The notes: generated from the sequence alone by a model not told the origin. A stretch of DNA of 64,000 nt from an uncultured Archaeoglobaceae archaeon (GCA_965541645.1 CBEUCM010000004.1:767-64766); one strand, 5' to 3'. Shown: positions 20,588 through 30,841, numbered from the stretch's first letter. Translations and numbers: made by a program.

Positions 20588-21540
20588 TGAAGATCTTCTG
20601 CGTTGCCGAATACAGGTTTGATGAGCTCAACCCACTCAGCGTGGAACTTCTGAACCTCGCAAACCAGATCAAGGGAGATGGGAGCAGTGAGGCAGTGGTA
20701 ATCGGTAAGGATGTTGGGAAGTACGCTGAGGAGCTTGCGAAGTACGCTGACAAGGTGTGGAAGATCGAGGATGACAGCCTGGAGAACTACAATCCCGAGC
20801 TTTACATCGATGTCCTGATGCAGCTCATTGAAAAAGAGAAGCCAGATATGGTTCTCGTTGGAAACACCTCGCAGGGTGGTGAGTTTGCACCCTACTTGGC
20901 AGCGAAGATGAACGCACCCATAGCAACGGACGTCGTTGGTGTGGATGTGAGTGATGGCGTTAAGGTTTCCAGATACCTCATGCAGGGCAAGCTGATGGTG
21001 GATCTGAAGCTGAAATCAACACCCTGTGTACTGACAGTCAGACAGGGCGTGTTCAAGGAGGGGCCGGAGGTTAATGGAGAGATAGTCGATGCGGGTATAA
21101 AGCCAACGAAGGAGCCTGCAAGGAAGTTCCTTGGCTACATTGAGCCAGAGGTTGGCGAGGTTGACATCGCACAGGCGGACATCATTGTTTCGGTCGGCAG
21201 AGGTATTGAGGATGCATCCAACATCGAGCTTGCAGAGGAACTCGCTCAGCTTCTTGGTGGTGTTGTTGCTGGCAGCAGACCTGTGATCGACAACGGATGG
21301 CTGCCCAAGGACAGGCAGGTCGGCATCTCTGGCAAGGTTGTTAAGCCCAAGCTCTACCTTGCTCTGGGTATCAGCGGTGCCTTCCAGCACGTGATGGGTA
21401 TGAAGGACAGTGAGCTGATAATTGCAATCAACAAGGATCCAGAAGCCCCAATATTCGGCGTGGCACACTACGGAGCTGTGGCCGACCTTTTTGATGTCGT
21501 GCCCGAGATGATAGAAAAGCTCAAGGAGTTGAAAGGCTAA
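20587..21540 (+). CDS. etfA: Electron transfer flavoprotein alpha subunit
   Basis: IVSVGRG, GSRPVID.GW, QVGISG..V.P.LY.A.GISGA.QH..GM, AINKD.EAPIF. Confidence 0.95.
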   Translation: MKIFCVAEYRFDELNPLSVELLNLANQIKGDGSSEAVVIGKDVGKYAEELAKYADKVWKIEDDSLENYNPELYIDVLMQLIEKEKPDMVLVGNTSQGGEFAPYLAAKMNAPIATDVVGVDVSDGVKVSRYLMQGKLMVDLKLKSTPCVLTVRQGVFKEGPEVNGEIVDAGIKPTKEPARKFLGYIEPEVGEVDIAQADIIVSVGRGIEDASNIELAEELAQLLGGVVAGSRPVIDNGWLPKDRQVGISGKVVKPKLYLALGISGAFQHVMGMKDSELIIAINKDPEAPIFGVAHYGAVADLFDVVPEMIEKLKELKG

Positions 21541-21573
21541 GCTATCCTTAAATTTTTTAATATTTTGAAGTTT

Positions 21574-21666
21574 TTAAGCTAAGCGAAGCTGGAGCAGAAG
21601 TAAGACTAACGCTCCAAGCGACAGGAACAGTACATCCCTCCATTCTATAACTGGTTTTGCGTCCAT
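21574..21666 (-). CDS. 30-aa single-TM small protein (not in the ORF track)
   Basis: MDAKPVIEWRDVLFLSLGALVLLLLQLRLA. GGGGGTGAT SD 5 nt upstream; BRE/TATA GAAAAC-TTTAAAT about 40 nt upstream. Confidence 0.55.
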   Translation of the reverse strand: MDAKPVIEWRDVLFLSLGALVLLLLQLRLA

Positions 21667-21885
21667 GGGGCATCACCCCCTAATTAATTATATGTATGCT
21701 ATCGCATTTAAAGTTTTCTCTTATAGATAGGTCAATATCTTGTAATTACCATCATTATCATGCAGCACATCACTATTGGAGGAGAGGGAGGGTAAAAAAA
21801 CAAAAGGTTAATATAAGGCCGATATACTGGCAGACGAGGACTCAGGAAGTTACATGTTGGAAATACATGATCCGGAGGAATAAGC

Positions 21886-22689
21886 ATGATATCGAGACGT
21901 AAATTTCTGATACTAACTGGAGCAGCTACGGCAGCGGCTATTTTGCCTACCCAGATATCTGCTCAGTTCGCAGAATCCCCAGAGGATGTAAGCTCAAAGA
22001 GAAGATGGGCGATGGTCGTGGATGTTGAGAAGTGCACGGAGTGCATGAGGGAGCTAATAGAGAAAACAGGCAATGAAGAGGTGAAGCCACCGTGTGTGGT
22101 TGCATGCGACAAGGAGAACAACGTTCCGGAGTTTGAGGACAAGAGGGTTGATCCACAGTGGATGAGGATAGCAAAGCTAAAGCTGGATAAGCCCAGTGTG
22201 AATCCTGAGGAGTTTTACATTCCGTTGCTCTGCAACCATTGCGAGCATCCACCATGTGTGCAGGTTTGCCTGACAAAGGCCAGCTTTAAGCGACCTGATG
22301 GAATAGTTGAGATCGACATGCACCGCTGCATAGGATGCAGGTACTGCATGATTGCTTGCCCGTATGGAGCGAGAAGCTTCAACTTCAGAGATCCGAGAGA
22401 GGGACTTGAGGAGGTAAATCCAAACGTACAGATGAGGACTGAGGGTGTTGTGGAGAAATGCACCTTCTGCGTCCACAGGATTGATGAGGCGGTTGCGAAG
22501 GGCGAAGAACCGGTGCCTGCCTGTGTCGAAGCTTGTCATCTTTATGGCAAGGGAGCACTCATCTTTGGAAACATAAAGGATCCAGACTCGAAAGTTTCAA
22601 AGCTTCTCAGAGATAACATTGCCGTGCAGCTGAGAGCAAATCTTGGGACAGATCCTCACGTTTTCTATCTCAAACTGGGGGGTGAGTAA
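21886..22689 (+). CDS. dsrO: Hme/DsrMKJOP periplasmic ferredoxin-like subunit HmeA (DsrO)
   Basis: Tat signal SRRKFL; CNHCEHPPCVQVC, CIGCRYCMIACPY, KCTFC, CVEAC. Confidence 0.93.
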   Translation: MISRRKFLILTGAATAAAILPTQISAQFAESPEDVSSKRRWAMVVDVEKCTECMRELIEKTGNEEVKPPCVVACDKENNVPEFEDKRVDPQWMRIAKLKLDKPSVNPEEFYIPLLCNHCEHPPCVQVCLTKASFKRPDGIVEIDMHRCIGCRYCMIACPYGARSFNFRDPREGLEEVNPNVQMRTEGVVEKCTFCVHRIDEAVAKGEEPVPACVEACHLYGKGALIFGNIKDPDSKVSKLLRDNIAVQLRANLGTDPHVFYLKLGGE

Positions 22690-23880
22690 ATGGCTGTAGA
22701 GTTCAGGAAAATTGAAGGCGACTCCCTGCAGTATATGGCCCTTGTTGTGATCCTTGCGATAATCACCGGTGCTGGCTTCTATGCCTACATCTTAGATCAT
22801 CATATCGCCGGTTTGAATGGTCTCAGCAACCGTGTGCCGTGGGGAATTGTGAACGCAGGAATCCCGTACTTCATCGGTCTAAGTGCAGGGTCACTTATAG
22901 TCTCTGCGTTGGCAGGAGTTTTCAACATCAAGAAGTACAAGGTCTTCAGCAGAATCGCTGCCTACATGGCTGCTGCGTGGATCATTGCGGCAATTCTCAG
23001 CATCGCCCTTGACATTGGAAAGCTCTACCACTTCATGAATGCTGTTAGATACTTCAACCCTACATCCATCTTCTCGTGGAACGCCTTCCTGTATTCAAGC
23101 TACTTCGTGATCTGCTCAATCTACCTGCTTGTGCAGTTTGAGGAGATGGAAAGGGCAACAAGGTTCATGGCAGGCCTGGCAGTTTTCTGGGCGGTGCTGG
23201 TTCACAGTGGTACTGGAGCTATCTACAGCTTCATCTACTCGAAGGAGCTCTACCACTCTGCTTTGACTCCACCAATGTTCATAGTCTGTGCCATCACGTC
23301 TGGTTTGGGGCTGCTTCTGGCAAATCTGTACTTCACCTTCAAGTTTACCAAGAGAGAGCTGGATCCAGGGCTCATCAGAGGCTTGGCTCTGATATTTGCC
23401 GGACTTATGATGATCCTGGCCTACTTCCTGACTGTTGAAGCCTTTGAGAAGGGATACATCCCTGCTTTGCACGATGCCGTTCAGTTTGTGTTCTTCAACC
23501 CCAAGGATTCGATATTCTGGAGCATATGGCTCCTTCTCACGGTTGGAATTGCGCTGCCGGTAATCATAGTGCTGAATCCGAAAACTGGCTACGATCTGAG
23601 ATGGATCAGCCTTGCAGGTATCTTGCATGCTGCCATGGTGTTTGCGGAGAGATTCTACCTCATCGTTCCGGGACAGGTTTTCCCCGAAGAGTACCTGCCG
23701 GGATACGAGCTTGAATCGCTGCACACACTTGAGGGGTACATAGTCTCGTATACACCCACACTGATAGAGTGGGCACAGATTATCGGGTTGATAGCGATGG
23801 TCTATCTGATATTCGTTGTCGGGGTGAAGATCTTCGCACTGATTCCAGAAAGGGCAGTTGAGGAGGTGTTGGAAGAATGA
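22690..23880 (+). CDS. dsrP: NrfD-family membrane subunit HmeB (DsrP)
   Basis: VPWG, multiple TM helices, HSGTG; operon position. Confidence 0.92.
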   Translation: MAVEFRKIEGDSLQYMALVVILAIITGAGFYAYILDHHIAGLNGLSNRVPWGIVNAGIPYFIGLSAGSLIVSALAGVFNIKKYKVFSRIAAYMAAAWIIAAILSIALDIGKLYHFMNAVRYFNPTSIFSWNAFLYSSYFVICSIYLLVQFEEMERATRFMAGLAVFWAVLVHSGTGAIYSFIYSKELYHSALTPPMFIVCAITSGLGLLLANLYFTFKFTKRELDPGLIRGLALIFAGLMMILAYFLTVEAFEKGYIPALHDAVQFVFFNPKDSIFWSIWLLLTVGIALPVIIVLNPKTGYDLRWISLAGILHAAMVFAERFYLIVPGQVFPEEYLPGYELESLHTLEGYIVSYTPTLIEWAQIIGLIAMVYLIFVVGVKIFALIPERAVEEVLEE

Positions 23881-24878
23881 TTGGCATAATATTTGGCGTC
23901 ATTATCCCATACATTGCGGTTGCAATATTCGTAGCTGGCGTCATCTACAGGATCGTCAACTGGGCCAACAGCGCTGTTCCACTCAAGATTCCCACAACAG
24001 GCGGCCAGCAGAAGTCCTTCCCCTTCATTAAGAGAACGATTTACGACAGGTTCGACTCTCCCTACACGTGGTGGGAAACTGCTGGAAGAATGCTCCTTGA
24101 GATCTTCTTCTTCCGCAGCTTGCTGAAAAACACGAGATACTATCTGGACAAAACGACCCAGAAAGATGCGCGCTGGCTCTGGCTTTTCGGGATAATGTTC
24201 CACTACTCATTGCTGCTCGTCCTCATAAGACACTCAAGATTCTTCCTTGAGCCCGTACCTTCCTTCGTTGAGATGCTGAGCGATATAGAAGCCTTCAAGG
24301 GCGTTTTCATACCCTCAGTCTATGTCTCTGGCTTGGCCATAGTTGTGGCTCTCGCCCTGCTCTGGGGTAGGAGAATCTTCCTCTCCAGAGAGAGAACGCT
24401 CAGCTTGCCAAGCGATCATTTTGCCCTGATTCTGCTCCTTTCGATAACCATCAGCGGCAACCTGATGAGGTACTTCATCAAGGTGGATCTGGAGAAGGTT
24501 AAGGCCCTTCTCATGAGCCTGATGACCTTCAACATTGGACACGCGATCGAAATCGCAAACCAGATAGAGCCCATGTTTTACGTCCACTTCGCCCTTGGCA
24601 GCTTTTTACTTGCTTACTTCCCCTTCAGCAAGCTGATGCATGCAGGTGGAATTTTCTTCACCCCAACCAGAAACATGCCCAACGACAACAGGGCAAGGAG
24701 GCACGTCAACCCGTGGGATCCAGAACCAACAGCCCCAATACTGACAAAGGGTATTACGGTGGCGGGCAGGACCTTCAAGTCAAAGAAGCTCGACTGGGAC
24801 ACCTACTATGAGATGTACAAGGATCAGCTTGACGAAATCGCTGAGAGTGATTATGTAATAGTACCCGAGGAGTTGTGA
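23877..24878 (+). CDS. dsrM: NarI-like diheme cytochrome b HmeC (DsrM)
   Basis: PLKIPTT.GQQ, FHY..L.VL.RH, H..LG, PFSKLMH, PTRN. Confidence 0.93.
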   Translation: MIGIIFGVIIPYIAVAIFVAGVIYRIVNWANSAVPLKIPTTGGQQKSFPFIKRTIYDRFDSPYTWWETAGRMLLEIFFFRSLLKNTRYYLDKTTQKDARWLWLFGIMFHYSLLLVLIRHSRFFLEPVPSFVEMLSDIEAFKGVFIPSVYVSGLAIVVALALLWGRRIFLSRERTLSLPSDHFALILLLSITISGNLMRYFIKVDLEKVKALLMSLMTFNIGHAIEIANQIEPMFYVHFALGSFLLAYFPFSKLMHAGGIFFTPTRNMPNDNRARRHVNPWDPEPTAPILTKGITVAGRTFKSKKLDWDTYYEMYKDQLDEIAESDYVIVPEEL

Positions 24879-24879
24879 G

Positions 24880-26574
24880 GTGGTAGAGATGGAAGAAGCT
24901 CCTGAGAAATTGGAAATCAGGCAGAGATTCCCGAGCTGGAGTGAAATGCTTGAACCAGTGAAGGAATTTGAGGAGGGGAGGCTCAGCTATCTTGCATTAC
25001 CAAAGCAGGTTGATTCTGATTTCTTTAAAATGCCCTTTGGAGATGTGGAGAGAAACTTTGATGATCTAAAGCTGCCTGAAAACTGGAAAGAGCTGTTTCT
25101 CGATGCGATGAAGGAAACACTTGAGAAGAACCGTGCATTCAAGCTGTTCATGGACATCTGTGTAAGATGTGGAGCATGTGCTGATAAGTGCCACTACTAC
25201 ATAGGAACCGGGGATCCCAAGAACATGCCCGTTGGGAGGGCCGAGCTTATAAGGTCCATTTATCGCCGATACTTCACCCCCGCTGGAAAGATATTTGGAG
25301 AGCTGGCAGGGGCAAGGGAGCTAACTATCGACGTTCTCAAGGAACTCTATTACTACGCCTATCAGTGCTCTCTCTGCAGAAGGTGCAGCCTCTTCTGCCC
25401 CTACGGCATAGACACGGCGGAGATAGTCTGGTGGCTGAGGAGGATGCTTAGCAGAATCGGCCTGAATCAGAGGTTTATGACCATATCCATCGAGGCATCA
25501 GCCAGAACCGGCAACCACCTCGGCCTTCTCCCAGGTGGTATGGCTGGAGCGATCCAGCAGGGTCTTGAGGAGCTGAAGGACATAACAGGTTTTGATCTCC
25601 ACACCTACATCAACAAGAAGGGGGCAGACGTTCTGTTTGTGGCACCCTCAGCAGACTACTTCGCCACCCCCCACTGGTTCGTCATGCTCGGTTACTTAGT
25701 GCTCTTCAACGAGCTTGAGGAGAAGTACGGTCTGACCATTACGTGGTCAACCTACGCGAGTGAGGGTGGAAACTTCGGAACCTTCCACAGCTACGAAGCT
25801 GCACAGCTTTTAAGCTCCAAGATATACAAGGAAGCTGAAAGGCTGGGTGTGAGCTTCATAATCGGCGGAGAATGTGGGCACATGTGGAGGGACAAGCACC
25901 AGTTCATCAACACCATGAATGAGCCTCCAAAGCATGAGGAGTGGAGGAAGTTCTGGGAGGAGCCAGATCTTGGGGAGATAGCTGAGGGACTGAGGGGAAT
26001 CAGGTTCGACAGCTACGCTTCCGGTGAGCATGGGTGGATACACATCCTTGAGTTCGTTGCTGCATTAATTGAGCACAAGAAGATAAAGCTCGACAAGAGC
26101 AGAAACGATCACTGGGTTGCCACCTACCACGATCCCTGTAACGTTGCGAGGGGAATGGGCCTGATAGAGGAACCGAGATACGTTCTGAGAAACGTCATGA
26201 ACAAGTTCTACGACATGCCGGAGCACACAATCAAGGACAAAACCTACTGCTGCGGTGCTGGTGGAGGTATGCTTGCGGATGAGATCATGGATCTCAGGAT
26301 GAGGGGAGTTATGCCAAGAATGATGGCAGTACGCCACGTTTACAAGAAGTACGGCGTGAACATTCTGCTTACTCCATGTGCTATTGATAAGGCTCAGTTC
26401 CCAACCGCACTTGAGTTCTGGAAGATCCCCATTGAAGTTGGTGGTCCCATGGAGATGGTCGGAAATGCTCTGGTTCTTACGGCCTTCGGCGAGAAACCAG
26501 AGGACAGACAGTACGACATGAGGGGTGAGCTGCTGGAGGAGCTGAGGAAGCAGCAGGAGGAGGGAGGTGAGTGA
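24880..26574 (+). CDS. dsrK: HdrD-like catalytic subunit HmeD (DsrK)
   Basis: CVRCGACADKC, CSLCRRCSLFCP, ECGH, YHDPC, CCGAGGG. Confidence 0.94.
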   Translation: MVEMEEAPEKLEIRQRFPSWSEMLEPVKEFEEGRLSYLALPKQVDSDFFKMPFGDVERNFDDLKLPENWKELFLDAMKETLEKNRAFKLFMDICVRCGACADKCHYYIGTGDPKNMPVGRAELIRSIYRRYFTPAGKIFGELAGARELTIDVLKELYYYAYQCSLCRRCSLFCPYGIDTAEIVWWLRRMLSRIGLNQRFMTISIEASARTGNHLGLLPGGMAGAIQQGLEELKDITGFDLHTYINKKGADVLFVAPSADYFATPHWFVMLGYLVLFNELEEKYGLTITWSTYASEGGNFGTFHSYEAAQLLSSKIYKEAERLGVSFIIGGECGHMWRDKHQFINTMNEPPKHEEWRKFWEEPDLGEIAEGLRGIRFDSYASGEHGWIHILEFVAALIEHKKIKLDKSRNDHWVATYHDPCNVARGMGLIEEPRYVLRNVMNKFYDMPEHTIKDKTYCCGAGGGMLADEIMDLRMRGVMPRMMAVRHVYKKYGVNILLTPCAIDKAQFPTALEFWKIPIEVGGPMEMVGNALVLTAFGEKPEDRQYDMRGELLEELRKQQEEGGE

Positions 26575-27001
26575 GATGTACCACAAGCAGTACGTGATCC
26601 CTCTGCTGGTAGTCTTCCTCCTGGGATTCTTCACACCCTACTGGTACAATGCAATGGCTGGGAGCTTTGGTTACGAGCCCGAACTTAAGAAACCCTCCGG
26701 TGAGTGTGTGGAGGATGCGAAATGGATGGCCTCCAACCACATGCTATTGCTGCAGGAGTGGAGAACGCAGGCGATCAGACACGGTGCTGAAGGTGGCAGA
26801 ATCTACCACAGCAGCACAGGTAAGGAGTTCCACGCATCAACAAACACCTGCTGGAGCTGTCACACCAGCAAGGAGGAGTTCTGCGATAAGTGCCACGATT
26901 ACGTCGGGATACATCCGGAATGCTGGGACTGCCACTACACGCCGGACATTGATAAGCCACACTACTCCGGAGTCCAGGAGCTTAGCAAGTACTTCTCCTA
27001 A
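26567..27001 (+). CDS. dsrJ: Triheme cytochrome c HmeE (DsrJ)
   Basis: N-terminal TM anchor; three CxxCH motifs (CWSCH, CDKCH, CWDCH) and CV...WM..NHM. Confidence 0.93.
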   Translation: MSEMYHKQYVIPLLVVFLLGFFTPYWYNAMAGSFGYEPELKKPSGECVEDAKWMASNHMLLLQEWRTQAIRHGAEGGRIYHSSTGKEFHASTNTCWSCHTSKEEFCDKCHDYVGIHPECWDCHYTPDIDKPHYSGVQELSKYFS

Positions 27002-27855
27002 TTTTTGTACTTTTTGTACAGCTCCGCTCTTCTTGCCTCCAGAAGCTCTTCCTCAACACCTGCAAGCTTTGCTGCTGAGTCAACTGTTACGCCCATCTCT
27101 TCGCCAAGCTCGAACACCTCAGCCATCTTCTCCCTCCACTTCAGATCTCTTGTGAGGTGGTGGTCTAAGGCAAGTTTCTTGATGTTGGTTTTCTCAATCA
27201 GCCTTTTCAGGTTTTCAATGCTGTTCTGGAAGGCCTTCTGTGAAAAGCGGTATCCCAGCATGTAGGTCATCGGCCCGTCAATTATGACTGTCTCTGCATT
27301 CATGTCGAGCATGAACTTCAGCTGCTCATCGTTGTTCGGCCCCTCAACGTCGGATGAGAAAAGGAAGCCGTCTGAGATGTAAACCTCAACCACGTATCCG
27401 AGCCTGCTGTCAGAGCCATGATACACGGCATTTGAGATTATGATGTCTGTGTTGCCGAAGCTGTAGCTTTTTCCATCGCAGAAATCAATCTCAACGTTCA
27501 CGTCTTTTAACTTGTCAAGGAAGTATGCTGCCCTTCCCATCTGGCTTCTGTTGATGTTCTCCTTGGGGTGCTTCAGCAGCAGAGTTTTGCCGTCAAAGAT
27601 CTCAACCTCCTCCGGGTTGTGGTGGTCGTAGTGGTAGTGGGTTATCACAACAACATCGCTCTCGAGGACGCATTTTTTGATCTCCTCCCACTTTTCGTTC
27701 ATCCTCTCGATTTCGATCCTGTGAGGAGGTAGTCTGTACCTCTTTGGGGCCAAGCTTACGCTGGGATCGATCATCACCCTGACATCTCTGGTCTCGACGA
27801 AGGTGGCCATGCTCCTGACACCCATCGAGTCAAAGGCCACTGGTTTTATCTCCAT
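26998..27855 (-). CDS. UPF0282 metallo-beta-lactamase-fold hydrolase
   Basis: [36 protein letters not shown]. Confidence 0.85.
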   Translation of the reverse strand: MEIKPVAFDSMGVRSMATFVETRDVRVMIDPSVSLAPKRYRLPPHRIEIERMNEKWEEIKKCVLESDVVVITHYHYDHHNPEEVEIFDGKTLLLKHPKENINRSQMGRAAYFLDKLKDVNVEIDFCDGKSYSFGNTDIIISNAVYHGSDSRLGYVVEVYISDGFLFSSDVEGPNNDEQLKFMLDMNAETVIIDGPMTYMLGYRFSQKAFQNSIENLKRLIEKTNIKKLALDHHLTRDLKWREKMAEVFELGEEMGVTVDSAAKLAGVEEELLEARRAELYKKYKN

Positions 27856-27886
27856 ATTCAGCAGTTTGAAGAAATGTTAAAAAAAC

Positions 27887-28525
27887 TTGGCTCCCAGTTC
27901 TGCTGTGCTCAGAGCAGAGCTTCATGTCCACTCTACATTCAGTGATGGCAGGGATACTGTCCGAACCCTTCTGCTATCAGCAGTTGAGAAGTCCATTGAT
28001 GTGGTGTCGATCACAGACCACGACAGCATTCAGGGCTCTCTTGAGGCGATGGACCTGGTTGAGGAGGAGAACCTGCCCCTCCACATAATTCCGGGAGTGG
28101 AGATTACAACATCCAGCGGTCACCTGCTTGCTTACGGCATAACGGAAGACATTGAGCCACGAATGACCATGGATGAGACCTGCAAGGCGGTGAGAGAGCT
28201 TGGTGGAGTTTGCTTCCTCGCCCACCCCTTTGATGTGGTTCGCGGAGGTAGTGTTAGGCTGAGGGACTTCAAAATCGTCGATGGTGTTGAGGTTTTCAAC
28301 TCGAAGAGCTACTTCAACTTCCTTGCAAGGAGGTATGCGAGAAAGTTTTCAAAGCCAGGCATAGCTGGCAGTGATGCACACTCAGCGAGGTCTGTTGGCA
28401 TGGCCATAACCTTTCTCCGTGAAGGCAGCATATCCTCTCTCTTCAATGCAAGTTACGAGGGCAGAAAAACGCCAATCAGGGAGAGATTTGCCTTTCTGCT
28501 ATTTCGACTAAATCAACGACTTTGA
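27887..28525 (+). CDS. PHP-domain metal-dependent phosphoesterase
   Basis: ELHVHSTFSDG, ITDHD, GVEITT..GH, AHPF, GSDAH. Confidence 0.9.
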   Translation: MAPSSAVLRAELHVHSTFSDGRDTVRTLLLSAVEKSIDVVSITDHDSIQGSLEAMDLVEEENLPLHIIPGVEITTSSGHLLAYGITEDIEPRMTMDETCKAVRELGGVCFLAHPFDVVRGGSVRLRDFKIVDGVEVFNSKSYFNFLARRYARKFSKPGIAGSDAHSARSVGMAITFLREGSISSLFNASYEGRKTPIRERFAFLLFRLNQRL

Positions 28526-29576
28526 TCCTGTTGCCCAGCTTCTCAGCAGACTTTGAAAGGTGATACTCGCAGAAGGGGCAGCATGTGATCAGGTAATCCG
28601 AGCCCGTGGACATTGCTTCTAGAACCCTCATCCTCCCTATTTCAAAGGATATCTCAGGGAACTGGCTTCTCAACCCCCCACCAGCACCGCAGCAGAGTGA
28701 CAGCTCCCGATTCCTCTCCATCTCCACGAAGTCTATGCCGAGCCTCTTTATCACATTCCTCGGCTCATCGTACATTCCCATGTGTCTGCCCAGATGACAG
28801 GGGTCGTGGTAGGTTGCTTTAATGTTCGTTTCCTCAAAGCTTCCATATTTGTCGAGTATCGAGACCGTGTGGATAATCTCTATGTTGAAGTCGTAACCCT
28901 TCTCAGCAGCCATCTTCGGATAGTCGAGGGAGAGGGTGCGGTAGCATCCCGGACAGGAGGTTATGATCCTCTCGATTCCAGCCTTTGTCCAGTAGCGGTA
29001 GTTTTTCTCAAACAGCTTCTCTGCAATATCCCTCTGCCCTGTCCTTATGAATGGGGAGCCGCAGCAGTACTCATCCCTGCCAGCAACCGTGAACTCGATC
29101 CCCAGCTTGTTTAAGGCTCTTGCCGTGCTTTTGGCCAGATTCTGAAGCTTGAAGCTGGCTGTACAGCCTGCAAAGTAAAGGGTTTTTGACTTTTGAACCT
29201 CAAAGTCCACCCAGTCCGCCCTATTTTCTGGATATCCGCTGTACGGGTTGTAGTACCTGTAGGTTATCTCCTTCAGCTTTCTGTGGACGGAGAGGGGTGC
29301 AAACCCCTTCTTGGTCATCTCGTACCTGACTTCTTCCCAGAAGTCGATAAGCGGCAGATCCACAGGGCAGAGAACCTCGCACAGCCCGCAAACCGAACAC
29401 TTGTAGATGTCCTTTACGATCCGGGAGTCCAGCTTCAGCTCATTGCTGAGGTAGGACAGTACAACCTGAATTTTTCCCCTTGGTGATGTCGATTCCCATC
29501 CCTCAATTTTGTAGGTTGGACAGGCGTTGCAGTACCCGCATTTCATGCACCTTGATGCAACTTCTTTGATGTTCAT
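28476..29576 (-). CDS. Fe-S/CCG-domain oxidoreductase (GlcF/GlpC/HdrD-like)
   Basis: Two ferredoxin motifs plus two CCG domains (FAGC..CCG..SCPGC; YHDPC..CCGAGGG..CCPFC). Confidence 0.9.
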   Translation of the reverse strand: MNIKEVASRCMKCGYCNACPTYKIEGWESTSPRGKIQVVLSYLSNELKLDSRIVKDIYKCSVCGLCEVLCPVDLPLIDFWEEVRYEMTKKGFAPLSVHRKLKEITYRYYNPYSGYPENRADWVDFEVQKSKTLYFAGCTASFKLQNLAKSTARALNKLGIEFTVAGRDEYCCGSPFIRTGQRDIAEKLFEKNYRYWTKAGIERIITSCPGCYRTLSLDYPKMAAEKGYDFNIEIIHTVSILDKYGSFEETNIKATYHDPCHLGRHMGMYDEPRNVIKRLGIDFVEMERNRELSLCCGAGGGLRSQFPEISFEIGRMRVLEAMSTGSDYLITCCPFCEYHLSKSAEKLGNRIKVVDLVEIAERQISP

Positions 29577-30802
29577 AGCACCATCTCCGATAGTCTGATA
29601 ATTCTCGAAATTGTGTTCGTCTGAACGGCCTTTCCGGGATTGAGCAGGTTTTCTGGATCTACAGACCTCTTGTACTCAACAACATCCCTTCCGAAAATTT
29701 TCTTGTGCGGAAACAGCATTCCGGTGGAGTAAACCCTGCCACCAAGTTTTTCGGCAACTTTTATGAACTTGACAGCCCTCGCCGCTGTGCGGTAGTAGTT
29801 TTCAAGATCCATCAGGGCGATGAACACCACACCTTTCTTCGTGAAGATCGCCTTGAGCATCGGACTGATCGACCTGGATTTTCTGTAGAACTCTGCAGCC
29901 CTCTCGTAGGGCAAAAACGCCTCGGAGAGTATGACCTCCCTTCTGCATGCGGCTTTAAGCAGGTTGAACCTGTTGTCCCATATCTCCTGGCCAAGCTCCT
30001 TGTCGTAGTTTTCTTCAAATGCTTCTCCCTCATGCGCTCCTTCAAACGTCAAGAGCAGGAGGTCAGAGCCATCAAACCCGAGCCGCTCCGAAAGTTCGGC
30101 GGTCATAAAAACTGCGTAGTACGCTTTATCTGCCATCCTTAAGGCCTCATCAAAGCTGCACCTTACAGCATAGCTGCTCATACTTCTGTTTTCCCTGATC
30201 TTTAAGCAGACCCTCAGTATTAGCCCTGTAGTGCCGTGAAGACCAACGTAGTACTTGAGATCGTCTCCTGAAACCCTTCTAATGCCCTCAAAGTCTGCAA
30301 CCTCAAGCCACTCTACATTGTCTCCAATTCCCCCATACTTCAGGCTTCCAACTCCATATCCACCCTGTGCAACCCACCCCCCCACGGTTGATGCTGGTGC
30401 GCTTGTAGGGTAAACTCTCAAAGCGTAACCCCTCTTGTTCAGTTCCTTTTCAAGATCCAACCACACTACTCCGCTTTCTGCCACAACACATCCGTTTTTG
30501 ACCTCAAATTTGTTCATTTTCGTGAAATCAACGACTATCGAGCTTTTTAGAGTTACAGCTCCACCATATGCGGAGGTTCCGGATCCTCGTGGTACCACAG
30601 GGATGTTGAACTTCCTGCAGACCTTCAAGATTGAAACAACCTCCTCGGCATTCTCTGGTTGCACAACACACACAGGTTGCTTGACGAATCTTCTAAGCTG
30701 AGGGGGTAATTTTAGGAGATCGTACGAATATAGGAAGGTCTGGATTGAATGACAGTCATATCTTTTAACAGAATGTGAAAGTGCAAATTTTAGTGAATCC
30801 AT
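29573..30802 (-). CDS. FAD-binding oxidoreductase (GlcD/Dld-like, VAO/PCMH fold)
   Basis: PRGSGTS..GG, PTSA..STVGG.VA.GG.G, G.HGTTGLI, DPENLLNPGK; ATGA-coupled to the CCG gene. Confidence 0.85.
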   Translation of the reverse strand: MDSLKFALSHSVKRYDCHSIQTFLYSYDLLKLPPQLRRFVKQPVCVVQPENAEEVVSILKVCRKFNIPVVPRGSGTSAYGGAVTLKSSIVVDFTKMNKFEVKNGCVVAESGVVWLDLEKELNKRGYALRVYPTSAPASTVGGWVAQGGYGVGSLKYGGIGDNVEWLEVADFEGIRRVSGDDLKYYVGLHGTTGLILRVCLKIRENRSMSSYAVRCSFDEALRMADKAYYAVFMTAELSERLGFDGSDLLLLTFEGAHEGEAFEENYDKELGQEIWDNRFNLLKAACRREVILSEAFLPYERAAEFYRKSRSISPMLKAIFTKKGVVFIALMDLENYYRTAARAVKFIKVAEKLGGRVYSTGMLFPHKKIFGRDVVEYKRSVDPENLLNPGKAVQTNTISRIIRLSEMVL

Positions 30803-30841
30803 GGTAGGATTTCGTCTTCTAACTAAAAACTTTTTGTGAAA

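Noticed and set aside
21696-21902. 68-aa His-rich ORF before hmeA
   Set aside because: Runs through promoter elements, has no SD and no family resemblance.
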